Positions 10,438 through 20,400 of a stretch of DNA of 64,000 nt are shown here, in pieces. The DNA is from Bacillota bacterium. GTDB lineage: Bacteria > Bacillota > Halanaerobiia > Halanaerobiales > M55B127. The stretch spans positions 441 to 64,440 of the forward strand of contig JBNJDV010000003.1 of the NCBI GenBank assembly GCA_051745185.1, in the 5' to 3' direction. Under the pieces are notes generated by a model that saw only the letters and a list, made by a program, of their open reading frames with translations, had not been told where the DNA came from and searched no databases. The position numbers and the translations under genes were made by a program. Positions within the stretch are counted from its first letter, which is position 1. Every line of letters starts with the position of its first letter.

Positions 10438-10466
10438 ATTATATCACAGAAGTTCTTTGATGTAAA
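10438..10466 (-). promoter_or_regulatory. Sigma-70/SigA-type promoter for rpsO, embedded in the 3' end of ribF
   Basis: Minus strand reads TTTACA, a 17-nt spacer, then TGaTATAAT (extended -10). The TGA is the ribF stop codon. The predicted leader is about 85 nt. Confidence 0.6.
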
Positions 10467-11364
10467 GAATGTCATCTTTTATTGTAGAGACTAATTCATC
10501 AACATCCTTGAACTCCTTTTCACCTCTCAAAAATTCAATTAACTCTAATCTAACAAATTCTCCATAGATATCACCTTCAAAATCAGGTATATGAACTTCA
10601 ATAGTAAAATTATTATCATCAAATGTTGGTTTATGACCGAAATTTGCTACCCCTTTATACTTTTTATTACCGATATATATATATACAGCATAAACACCAT
10701 CCGGAGGTAAAACATACTCTATATCAGGTTTGATATTGGCTGTGGGAATACCCAATTTTTTACCTCGACCGAAACCTTCAATAACTTCTCCTTCTAAGAT
10801 AAAGTTATTATCTAAATGTTTTTTAACCTCTTTTAACTTCCCTGCTTTCACAAGATCACGTATTATACTGCTGGAAATTTTATGGTCACCTATTTTTAAA
10901 GGTGTGACTGCAGTTATTTCAATACCAAACTCTTTACCTAATCTTTTTAGTTTAGAGATATTTCCATCACCTTTATGACCTAACCTAAAGTCAGTTCCAA
11001 CAACTATATGTTTAGTATTAAGATTATTAACTATTATTTTTTTAAAAAATTCATCAAAAGGAGTTAATGCTAACTCTTCAGAAAAGTTCATCTCAAAATA
11101 ATAATCAAAGTTCATCTCATTTAAAGTCATTATCTTTTGAGATCTTGTACTTAGATAATAATGTGAGTTGCCATCACCAATTACTTCCTGAGGATGAGGT
11201 TCAAAAGTCAATATACCGCTTTTTAACCCTTTATTTTTAGCAACCTCTAATGTTTTATTTAATATTTTTTTATGACCTTTATGAATTCCATCAAAGGAAC
11301 CTATTGCTATTACATTTTCATATATTTCATATTGATCAAATGTATTGCTTTTTATAATATTCAT
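10444..11364 (-). CDS. ribF: Bifunctional riboflavin kinase / FAD synthetase
   Basis: 306 aa. N-terminal adenylyltransferase region IGSFDGIHKGH; C-terminal kinase motifs GRGKKLGIPTANI and FEGDIYG. Confidence 0.92.
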   Translation of the reverse strand: MNIIKSNTFDQYEIYENVIAIGSFDGIHKGHKKILNKTLEVAKNKGLKSGILTFEPHPQEVIGDGNSHYYLSTRSQKIMTLNEMNFDYYFEMNFSEELALTPFDEFFKKIIVNNLNTKHIVVGTDFRLGHKGDGNISKLKRLGKEFGIEITAVTPLKIGDHKISSSIIRDLVKAGKLKEVKKHLDNNFILEGEVIEGFGRGKKLGIPTANIKPDIEYVLPPDGVYAVYIYIGNKKYKGVANFGHKPTFDDNNFTIEVHIPDFEGDIYGEFVRLELIEFLRGEKEFKDVDELVSTIKDDILYIKELL

Positions 11365-12275
11365 TTTAAACCTCCATTGAAAAATACTCTCAGTGGTTGT
11401 ATATATATTTCGTTTTCTTTTTCTTTAATTTCACTTATTGAAATAAATTCATTTTTACAGTAGATTAAGACCTTCTCACCAATTTTAAGATCATCAGGCC
11501 ATTTATCAAAGTTTTTTTCTATTAATTTTGTACCATTAACAGCATACTTATATGCATAGTCTTTAACAATCATTTTTCTATATTCAAATGGACTATCCAT
11601 TGAGATTAATAAATTATCTAAGTTTTCATTATTGATCTGGTCAAGTTGTATAGAATTTTCTAAATTAAAAGGACCGGAAGCTGTTCTAAGTAAATTACTC
11701 AAATGAGATACTGTACCTAATTTTTCACCAATATCACGGGCTAATGATCTTATATATGTTCCTTTTGAACAGTTTACTTTTAATTTTATAATAGGTAATT
11801 CTATACTAATAATGTCTATATTATATATTGTAACATCTCTGTCTTCTATTTCAATATTTTCATCATTTCTAGCATAATGATACAATCTCTTGCCTTTAAC
11901 TTTTACAGCCGAATATATCGGTGGTTTTTGTTTTATCTCTCCTATAAAAGATCTTACCACATTTTTTATTTGAGTTTCTTTAAAATCAGTCCAATTATCA
12001 GTTCTTTTTAATACTTCTCCATCAGAGTCTAATGTATCTGTTAATACTCCCAGCTTTATTTTTGCAATATATTCTTTTTTACCTTCTGGTAAATAGGGGA
12101 TAATTTTTGTAGCTCGATGTAAACATACTGGTAAAACACCAGCTGCTGAAGGGTCTAAAGTTCCTGTATGACCACACTTTCTTATCTGTAAGACTTTTTT
12201 TATATATCCCACAACATCAAATGATGTCATCCCGGGGGGTTTTAATACATTCAATATCCCTGACTTGTTAGACAT
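11361..12275 (-). CDS. truB: tRNA pseudouridine-55 synthase
   Basis: GILNVLKPPGMTSFDVV followed by the catalytic HTGTLDPSAAGVL. Overlaps the ribF start by 4 nt. Confidence 0.92.
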   Translation of the reverse strand: MSNKSGILNVLKPPGMTSFDVVGYIKKVLQIRKCGHTGTLDPSAAGVLPVCLHRATKIIPYLPEGKKEYIAKIKLGVLTDTLDSDGEVLKRTDNWTDFKETQIKNVVRSFIGEIKQKPPIYSAVKVKGKRLYHYARNDENIEIEDRDVTIYNIDIISIELPIIKLKVNCSKGTYIRSLARDIGEKLGTVSHLSNLLRTASGPFNLENSIQLDQINNENLDNLLISMDSPFEYRKMIVKDYAYKYAVNGTKLIEKNFDKWPDDLKIGEKVLIYCKNEFISISEIKEKENEIYIQPLRVFFNGGLK

Positions 12276-13275
12276 TAAGTTTCACCTCAGAAATCACATC
12301 TTTTATTACTTTTTTAAAATCACCTTCAACTTTTGCACCAGAAGCACGGGGGTGACCTCCACCACCGAATTTATGAGCAATTTTACTTACATCTACATAG
12401 TTATGAGATCTAAAACTAATATCAACGAAGTCTGTTTTTCTTTCTACAAAAGAAATACCTACCTCTACACCCCTTATATCTCTTGGATAATTGACTAGAT
12501 TATTAATTTCTTTTTCATCTATATCTAGTTTATTTATTTCCGTTTTTGATAAAGTAAGCCAGGCAATTTTTCTACCCTCACTCATCTTTATATTTCTTAG
12601 ACCTTTAGCAAGCATTTTTAAATACTCTAATGAAGGATAACTCTGTAAAAATTTATTTATTTCAACAACATCTACACCTAATTCTTTCAAATCAGCAATT
12701 AATCTAAAAGTGGCTGCATTGCTATTAGGATACTTTAAAGAACCAGTATCAGCTAAAACTGCTAAAGCAACTGCAGTACCTAATTTACCATCTGGTTTTA
12801 CTTTTAATAATTTTGCAATATCAAAAATAATTTTACCTACAGCTGGATCTTGAGAATTAATATAATTAAGGTTTCCATATTTAGTATTATCATGATGATG
12901 GTCAATATTAATTACATAATGAGTATTTAATATTTTTTTATAATTACCTAACCTTTCAGCAGTTGCTGTATCTAATACAAAAGCATTCTCATAATTAGCT
13001 AGTTTATCAAAGTCAATACTATTATCAGGTATATAATATTCATCTTGATTTAAATAATTGAATAAAATATCATACTCTTTTAAAATATCACTATGAAGTA
13101 ATAATAATGAGTTTTTGCCTAATCTGTCTAATAGAAACTTAAAGGCCATAATAGACCCGACAGCATCACCATCAGGGTCTATATGACCTATAATTAAATA
13201 ATCATTATTTTCTTTTATATATTCACTAATATTTTCTAAACGATTAGTTTTCACTGTCATCTTTCCTCTTTTCAT
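12268..13275 (-). CDS. nrnA: DHH/DHHA1 phosphoesterase (NrnA-type oligoribonuclease / pAp phosphatase)
   Basis: Motifs GHIDPDGDAVGS, IDHH and the C-terminal GGGGHPRASG. The start is ambiguous (13275 or the ATG at 13260); both overlap rbfA. Confidence 0.8.
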   Translation of the reverse strand: MKRGKMTVKTNRLENISEYIKENNDYLIIGHIDPDGDAVGSIMAFKFLLDRLGKNSLLLLHSDILKEYDILFNYLNQDEYYIPDNSIDFDKLANYENAFVLDTATAERLGNYKKILNTHYVINIDHHHDNTKYGNLNYINSQDPAVGKIIFDIAKLLKVKPDGKLGTAVALAVLADTGSLKYPNSNAATFRLIADLKELGVDVVEINKFLQSYPSLEYLKMLAKGLRNIKMSEGRKIAWLTLSKTEINKLDIDEKEINNLVNYPRDIRGVEVGISFVERKTDFVDISFRSHNYVDVSKIAHKFGGGGHPRASGAKVEGDFKKVIKDVISEVKLNV

Positions 13276-13621
13276 CTTCTTCTATTACTTCATCTATTAA
13301 GTGAGATATATGAACTCCTTGTTCAATAGAATCGTCATATCTAAAGATAAGTTCTGGAGTATGGTAAGTGGTTAATCGTTCTCCTACTAGCTTTCTTATA
13401 TATTTTTTAGCCGCATTTAGACCTTCCATGGTTTCTTTTTTCTCCTGATCACTACCATATACACTAACCTTAACTTTAGCATGTTTTAAGTCATTAGAAA
13501 CTTCAATTTTTGTAATTGAAGCAAACCCAATTCGAGGATCCTTTAACTCTCTTAAGACTATTTGACTAATTTCTTCTTTTAAAAGTTGACTCATTCTTCT
13601 TACTCTTTTTTCATTTGCCAT
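13244..13621 (-). CDS. rbfA: Ribosome-binding factor A
   Basis: 125 aa with RVRRMSQLLKEEISQIVLRELKDPR...ITKIEVSNDLKHAKV. Conserved position after infB. Confidence 0.9.
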   Translation of the reverse strand: MANEKRVRRMSQLLKEEISQIVLRELKDPRIGFASITKIEVSNDLKHAKVKVSVYGSDQEKKETMEGLNAAKKYIRKLVGERLTTYHTPELIFRYDDSIEQGVHISHLIDEVIEEDEKRKDDSEN

Positions 13622-13633
13622 TTTTATTCACCT

Positions 13634-15670
13634 CTATAAGGATCTTTCTATCTCCTTATATCTATAAATTTCTAAGATATCTCCAACCTTAATATCATTA
13701 TAGTTTTCAATACCAATACCACATTCATAACCTTCCTTGACTTCTCTTACATCATTTTCAAATCTTTTTAATGAACTAATTTCTCCTTCATGAATAACTA
13801 CACCATTTCTTAGCAGTCTAACATAGTCATTTCTGTTTACTTCACCTTCTTTTACATAAGCACCTGCTATTATTCCAACATCAGGCACTTTAAATGTATC
13901 TCTAACTTCAACTCGACCAACAACGATCTCTTTATATTCAGGTTCAAGTAAGCCAGACATAGCATTTTTAATATCTTCAATTACTTTATAGATTACTCGA
14001 TAAGTCTTTATTTCAACTTTTTCTTTTTCTGCTGCTTTTCTAGCATTTGTTCCCGGCCTAACATTAAATCCAATTATTATTGCATTAGAAGCACTTGCTA
14101 AGTTAACATCTGTTTCATTTATAGCTCCTACACCAGTATGAATAATGTTTACTCCAACTTCTTCGGATTTAATATTTAACAATGATCCTTCTAAAGCTGC
14201 TATTGAGCCTTGAACATCAGCTTTTATAATTACATTAAGTTCTTTTATATCTCCTTCTTGAATATTTCTATATAAATCTTCAAGAGATACCTTAGAATCT
14301 TTATTTAGTCTTTCTTCTTTTCTCTTATCTTTACGTTTTTCAGCTAATACCTTAGCTTCTCTTTCATCTTCCATTACTCTTAAATATTGTCCAGCTTCTG
14401 GAACATCATTAAAACCTAAAACGATTACCGGAGTAGCGGGTTCTGCTTTTTCAACTCTTTCACCATGTTCGTCTAATAATGCTCTTACACGACCTGTTAT
14501 TGAACCAGCTATAATATAATCGCCAACCTTTAATGTACCATTTTTAACTAATACAGTTGCAATTGGGCCTCTACCTCTATCAAGCTCTGACTCAATAATA
14601 ATACCATCAGCAACTCGATCTGGATTTGCCTTAAGTTCTTCCAACTCAGATGCTAAGGTTACCATCTCTAAAAGTTCGTCAATATTTTCCCCTTTAAGAG
14701 CAGATACTGATACACATATAGTATTTCCACCCCATTCTTCAGGTACTAAACCGTGTTCGGTTAGTTCCTGTTTTACACGATCTGGTTGAGCATTTGCTTT
14801 ATCAATTTTGTTAACTGCTACAATGATTGGTATTCCTGCTGCCTGTGCATGGTTTATAGCTTCAATTGTTTGAGGCATAACTCCATCATCAGCAGCAACA
14901 ACTAAAATAACTATATCAGTTAATTGGGCACCTCTGGCACGCATAGCTGTAAAAGCTTCATGACCGGGAGTATCGATAAAAGTTATCTTTTTTTCATTAT
15001 ATATTGCTTGATAAGCACCAATATGCTGTGTAATTCCACCAGCTTCACCTTCTGCTACTCTTGTTTTTCTAATTACATCAAGTAGTGTTGTCTTACCATG
15101 GTCAACATGACCCATTACAGTTACTATTGGTGGACGTGGTTTTAAATCTTCTGGTTTATCGATAATTTCTTCTAATTGAAGTTCTAAATCTTCATCTTCC
15201 TTGACTTCTATTTCATCAGTTATTTTAACCTTTAAATCGAGTTCATCTTTTAGGATTTGTATTTCATCCTCATCAAGAGAATAATTTACATTTGTCATAA
15301 TACCTAACTGCATCATGGTTTTAATTATATTATTTGCAGGATAGTCGATTTTTTCAGACAATTCACGAATAGTAATACCTTCAGTTATCGGCTCTAAATC
15401 TTCTTCATCTTCAATGCTTTCTTCAATTTCTTCTGTTTCTTTTTCTTCAACAGTTTCTGTTTTTTTGCTTTCATCTTTTTTATCTGTATCTTCTTCAGTT
15501 TGTGTTTTATTTTCTTCATTAACCATATTTTCAACAAGTTCAGCTGTATCATCTTCTACAGTACTCATGTGGCTTGAAACTTCAACCCCAAGTTCATTTA
15601 ATATACCAATCAATTCCTTACTTTCCATATTTAATTTGTCAGCTAGTTTATAGACTCTAATTTTACTCAA
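13634..15670 (-). CDS. infB: Translation initiation factor IF-2
   Basis: G-domain motifs [17 protein letters not shown] and NKID. The track start (15685) precedes the SD. A TTG at 15670, 8 nt after GGAGG, gives the canonical [11 protein letters not shown]-terminus. Confidence 0.93.
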   Translation of the reverse strand: MSKIRVYKLADKLNMESKELIGILNELGVEVSSHMSTVEDDTAELVENMVNEENKTQTEEDTDKKDESKKTETVEEKETEEIEESIEDEEDLEPITEGITIRELSEKIDYPANNIIKTMMQLGIMTNVNYSLDEDEIQILKDELDLKVKITDEIEVKEDEDLELQLEEIIDKPEDLKPRPPIVTVMGHVDHGKTTLLDVIRKTRVAEGEAGGITQHIGAYQAIYNEKKITFIDTPGHEAFTAMRARGAQLTDIVILVVAADDGVMPQTIEAINHAQAAGIPIIVAVNKIDKANAQPDRVKQELTEHGLVPEEWGGNTICVSVSALKGENIDELLEMVTLASELEELKANPDRVADGIIIESELDRGRGPIATVLVKNGTLKVGDYIIAGSITGRVRALLDEHGERVEKAEPATPVIVLGFNDVPEAGQYLRVMEDEREAKVLAEKRKDKRKEERLNKDSKVSLEDLYRNIQEGDIKELNVIIKADVQGSIAALEGSLLNIKSEEVGVNIIHTGVGAINETDVNLASASNAIIIGFNVRPGTNARKAAEKEKVEIKTYRVIYKVIEDIKNAMSGLLEPEYKEIVVGRVEVRDTFKVPDVGIIAGAYVKEGEVNRNDYVRLLRNGVVIHEGEISSLKRFENDVREVKEGYECGIGIENYNDIKVGDILEIYRYKEIERSL

Positions 15671-15697
15671 ACTAACCACCTCCATATTAAGTTTTTC

Positions 15698-16816
15698 TTA
15701 TTTACTTTCTTCGGATTCATCTTTTGTTTCATCTTGTTTGCTATCAGTTTCATTTTGTTGCTCATTTTCTTCTTCATCTTTTTCTGCAAATTCAGATTCT
15801 TTTTTGATGTCAATTTTCCATCCTGTCAGTTTAGCCGCTAATCTAGCATTTTGTCCTTCTTTACCGATTGCTAATGATAATTGAAAATCAGGTACAATTA
15901 CCTTTGCACTCTTTTCATCTTCATTTATCATTACATCGATAACCTCTGCTGGATTTAAGGCATTTGATACATACTGCTTAGCATCTTCATGATATTGAAC
16001 AATGTCTATTTTTTCTCCGTTCAATTGTTCAACAACTGATTGTACTCGCATTCCCTGAGGACCTACACATGCTCCAACAGGGTCTACTTTACTATCATAT
16101 GAAGAAACAGCTATCTTAGATCTAAAGCCAGCCTCTCTTGCAACTGATCTAATTTCAACAATACCATCAAATATTTCTGGCACCTCTACTTCAAACAATC
16201 TTTTAAGTAATGCAGGATGTGTTCTGGATACCAAAATCCTTGGTCCTTTAGTTGTAGATGATACTTCAACAACATATAATTTTAATCTAGAACCAACACG
16301 ATATGTTTCAGTAGGAATTTGTTCCGAAACCGGTAACAAGGCTTCAGTTTTGCCCATATCGATAAGAACATTATCTTTATGGAATCTTTGAATTGTTCCA
16401 GTTATTATTTCCCCTTCTTTACGTTTATATTCTTCATACATTACATCACGTTCAGCTTCTCTTATCCTCTGCATAACTACTTGTTTTGCAGTTTGTGCAG
16501 CAATTCTACCAAAGTTTTCTGGAGTAACTTCTACATCTAAATAGTCTCCCTCTTCTATAGATGAATCGATTTTTTTTGCATCATCGATTGAAATTTCATA
16601 GTTTGAATTACTAACATCTTCAACTATTTTTTTCCTTGAAAACACCATAACTTCTCCATTTTCTTCATCAACTTCAACACTTACATTTTCCTTAGAGCCA
16701 AAATCCTTTTTATAGGCAGAAAGTAACGCAACTTCAATCGCTTCTAATAAAACATCTTTAGCGATACCCTTATCTTTCTCAATATCCTCTAAGGCATTTA
16801 AAAAGTCTAGATTCAT
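15698..16816 (-). CDS. nusA: Transcription termination/antitermination factor NusA
   Basis: 372 aa. N-terminal domain, S1 (GEIITGTIQRF) and two KH domains (GACVGPQGMRVQ, AIGKEGQNARLA), with an acidic tail. Confidence 0.95.
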   Translation of the reverse strand: MNLDFLNALEDIEKDKGIAKDVLLEAIEVALLSAYKKDFGSKENVSVEVDEENGEVMVFSRKKIVEDVSNSNYEISIDDAKKIDSSIEEGDYLDVEVTPENFGRIAAQTAKQVVMQRIREAERDVMYEEYKRKEGEIITGTIQRFHKDNVLIDMGKTEALLPVSEQIPTETYRVGSRLKLYVVEVSSTTKGPRILVSRTHPALLKRLFEVEVPEIFDGIVEIRSVAREAGFRSKIAVSSYDSKVDPVGACVGPQGMRVQSVVEQLNGEKIDIVQYHEDAKQYVSNALNPAEVIDVMINEDEKSAKVIVPDFQLSLAIGKEGQNARLAAKLTGWKIDIKKESEFAEKDEEENEQQNETDSKQDETKDESEESK

Positions 16817-16837
16817 TTTTTTCCTCCTTTGATTAAA

Positions 16838-17311
16838 CTAGAAATTAAATTCTTCATATAAATTTGCTTTTGAAATATCTGCATAATTTAATTTAATTTC
16901 TTCTTCAGAATCTTTTAATCTAATAGTAACAACTTTATTTTTATCTATTCCAATTAATTTTCCAATAAATTCTTTGGAATTACTAATTTTACGATAAGTA
17001 CTTACCTTTATATTTTCACCAGCAAATCTCTCATAATCACTAATCTTTCTTAGTGGTCTTTCAACTCCTGGTGATGAAACCTCTAAAAAGTATCTTTTAT
17101 CAATTGGATCTTCTTCATCCAGTTTTTGACTGATTAATCTGCTTAAATTACTAAGCTGATCTATTGTCAGTTCATCATTTTCATTTTCTACAAAAACTCT
17201 TAAAATCCAATCATTACCTTCTTTTATATATTCTATATCAACAAAGTCTAAGTTATTTACTTTAACTATAGGTTCAATTAAATTCCTTAAGGTATTAATT
17301 GTACTACTCAT
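16838..17311 (-). CDS. rimP: Ribosome maturation factor RimP
   Basis: 157 aa with LEVSSPGVERPL. Conserved position upstream of nusA. Confidence 0.9.
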   Translation of the reverse strand: MSSTINTLRNLIEPIVKVNNLDFVDIEYIKEGNDWILRVFVENENDELTIDQLSNLSRLISQKLDEEDPIDKRYFLEVSSPGVERPLRKISDYERFAGENIKVSTYRKISNSKEFIGKLIGIDKNKVVTIRLKDSEEEIKLNYADISKANLYEEFNF

Positions 17312-17337
17312 CTTTAAAACCTCTCTTTCATATAATT

Positions 17338-17360
17338 AAAGAGTGGGGCAGGCCCACTCC
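17338..17360 (-). terminator. GC-rich hairpin between polC and rimP (polC terminator and/or rimP-nusA leader attenuator)
   Basis: Minus RNA GAGUGGG-CCUGC-CCCACUC followed by UUUAAUUAU. The hairpin ends about 25 nt upstream of the rimP ATG, with no room for a promoter in between. Confidence 0.6.
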
Positions 17361-17414
17361 TTAAAAAAATTCAACATATACCATATTAAAGATTATCATA
17401 AATACTGCTATTTT

Positions 17415-20400
17415 TCAAGAGTTTCCAAAAAGAGATAACTGATTTTTTTCTGGTATTCCAGTTAATGTTCCATGTTCTTTCATCTTCTCTATAACAGTTT
17501 TACTTAAACTTGTTCTATTTGTTAAATCTTCGATAGATATAAAATCGCCTTTTTGTCTAGCTTCAACTATACTTTCAGCTGCACTTGAACCTAAACCTTC
17601 TAGGCAGATTAATGGTGGACAAAGCTTACCATCTTTTAATATAAATTGATTCATCTTAGAGTTATATAAATCAACTTTTCCAAATTCAATTCCCCTATGC
17701 ATTGCTTCTATTACAACTTCAAGTATTGTTATTGTTTCTTTGTCTTTTGCAGTTAGTTTATCTTGATTTTGTATTTTATCTAGATGATTTTCAATAAACT
17801 CCAAACCTTTATCAATTATTTGAGCATCAAACGCAGATGATTTTGTAGAAAAATATGTTAGATAAAATGCTTCAGGGTAATGTACTTTAAAGTATGCTAT
17901 TCGATAAGCCATCATTACATAGGCTGCTGCATGTGCTTTAGGAAACATATACTTTATTCTTCTACAAGATTTTATATACCAATTCGGTACACTATTCTCG
18001 CGCATTTTTCTTTCTTCTTCATCTGTTAAACCTTTTCCTTTTCTTACATGTTCCATAATCCAGAATGCATCTATCGGTTTTAATCCTTTTTGAAGTAGAT
18101 AATTCATAATATCATCACGTACTGAGATTACTTCAGATAAATTAGCCGTATTATTTTTTATCAACTCTTGAGCATTGTTTAACCAGACATCAGTTCCATG
18201 AGATAAACCACTTATTCTTACTAGTTCTGCAAAAGTAGAAGGTCTTGTATCTAAGAGCATCTGTCTTACAAAACTGGTTCCAAATTCGGGAATCCCATAT
18301 GTTCCAACTTCTGACTTTATTTCATCTTCACTAACATTTAAACTTTCTGTAGATGAAAATATTTTCATTGTTTCAGGATCATCTAATGGAATATTTTCTG
18401 GATCTACTCCGGTTAAATCCTGCAGCATTCTTAATGATGTGGGATCATCATGACCTAAAAGGTCTAACTTTAAGATTCTTCCACTGATAGAATGATAGTC
18501 AAAATGTGTTGTTCTCACTCTAGTATCCTGGTCATTAGCAGGATGCTGTATTGGAGTAAAATCATATATATCCATACTCTTTGGAACTACCATTAATCCT
18601 CCTGGATGCTGTCCAGTCGTCTTTTTAACTCCAGTACAACCTGATACAAGTCGGTTAACTTCTGCTTTCTTAACATCAATTTCATTATCATCCAAGTAGT
18701 TTCTAACAAAACCAAAAGCAGTTCTACTTGCTATTGTTGAAATTGTACCTGCTCTAAAAACATAGTCTCTACCAAAAAAATCTTCAGTAGCTTCATGAAT
18801 TTTATTTTGATACTCACCAGAAAAGTTCAAATCAATATCAGGTACTTTATCTCCTTTAAATCCCATAAAAACTTCAAAAGGAATATCAAATCCGTCTTTT
18901 ATATATTCAGTGTCACATTTTGGACACTTTTTATCAGGCAAATCAACACCTATGCTGTACTTTTGAGAATCATTAAATTCAACATTTCCACAGTTTCCAC
19001 ATCTATAATGTGCTGGAAGAGGATTAACTTCCGTAATATCACACATGGTGGCTACAAATGAAGACCCAACTGACCCCCTTGAACCAACAAGATATCCATC
19101 GTCTAAAGATCTCTTCACTAATTTATGAGCGATTAAATAAATAACTGAATAACCATTGTTAATTATAGAATCCAGTTCTTTTTTTAATCTTTTTTCTATA
19201 AGAGCTGGTAAATTATCTCCATATAATTTTTTAGCTTTACCATAACTCATTTCCTTAATTCTTTCATCTGCACCTTCAATCTCCGGGGTGAATAACCCAT
19301 CAGGTATTGGTTTGATATCTTCTATCTTATCATATATTTTATTGGGATTATCTACTACTAACTCATGTGCAGCCTCATCGTCAAAGTAACTAAATTCTTT
19401 AAGCATCTCTTCAGTTGTACGATAATATAGAGGTGCTTGATTATCATAATCATTAAAACCTTGGCCGGCCTGTAAAATCTTTCTATAGATTTCATCTTTA
19501 GGTTCTAAGAAATGAACATCACCTGTAGCAATTACCGGTTTATTATTCTTTTTACCTAATTTATATATTCTTTTATTAATTTTTTTAAGATCCTCAATAC
19601 TATCAAGTTGGTTATTTAACAAAAATTCATTATTACCTAAAGGCTGAATTTCCAAAAAGTCATAAAAGTCAACAACTTCATTTATTTCCCGACTGCTTCT
19701 ATTATTTAAAATATAGTTAAAAAGCTGGCCTGATTCACATGCTGAACCAATAAGTAAATTTTCTCGATGAGCCAATAGTTCACTTTTTAAAACTCTCGGT
19801 TTCCGATAGAAATTATCTAAATGAGACTTAGAAACAAGTTTATAAATATCTTTTAGACCAGCCTGATTTTTTGCAAGTATCAAAGCATGGTATGGTCTAG
19901 ACTTTTTCCAGTCAATATTTTTGGTAAGTTCATTTATTTCATTTAAATTATTTATATCAAAATCATCAATTTCTTCTAATAATTTAAATAATAAATGGGC
20001 TGTTGCCTTTGAATCATCTAATGCCCTGTGATGGTTATCTAGCTTTATATTAAAGTGTTTAACTAAAGTCGCCAGTTTATGATTTTTTAACTTTGGTAAT
20101 ACAGCTCTAGATAAAGTCAAGGTATCAATAAGTGTGATTTCTTTTTTTATATTATGTTCTTTTAAAGGTTTTCTTATAAAGCTGTAATCAAAGTCCATGT
20201 TATGAGCAACTAATGGACAACCATCAATAAAATCAACAAACTCATTAAAAACTTCTTTAAACGCTGGCTTATCTTTAACCATTTCATTGTCTATCCCTGT
20301 AATATCAGTAATTTTATTAGAAATATTACTATCTGGTTTAATTAGTGAGGAAAAGTCGTCAATAATTTCTCCATCTTTAATCTTGACTGCTCCGATTTCA

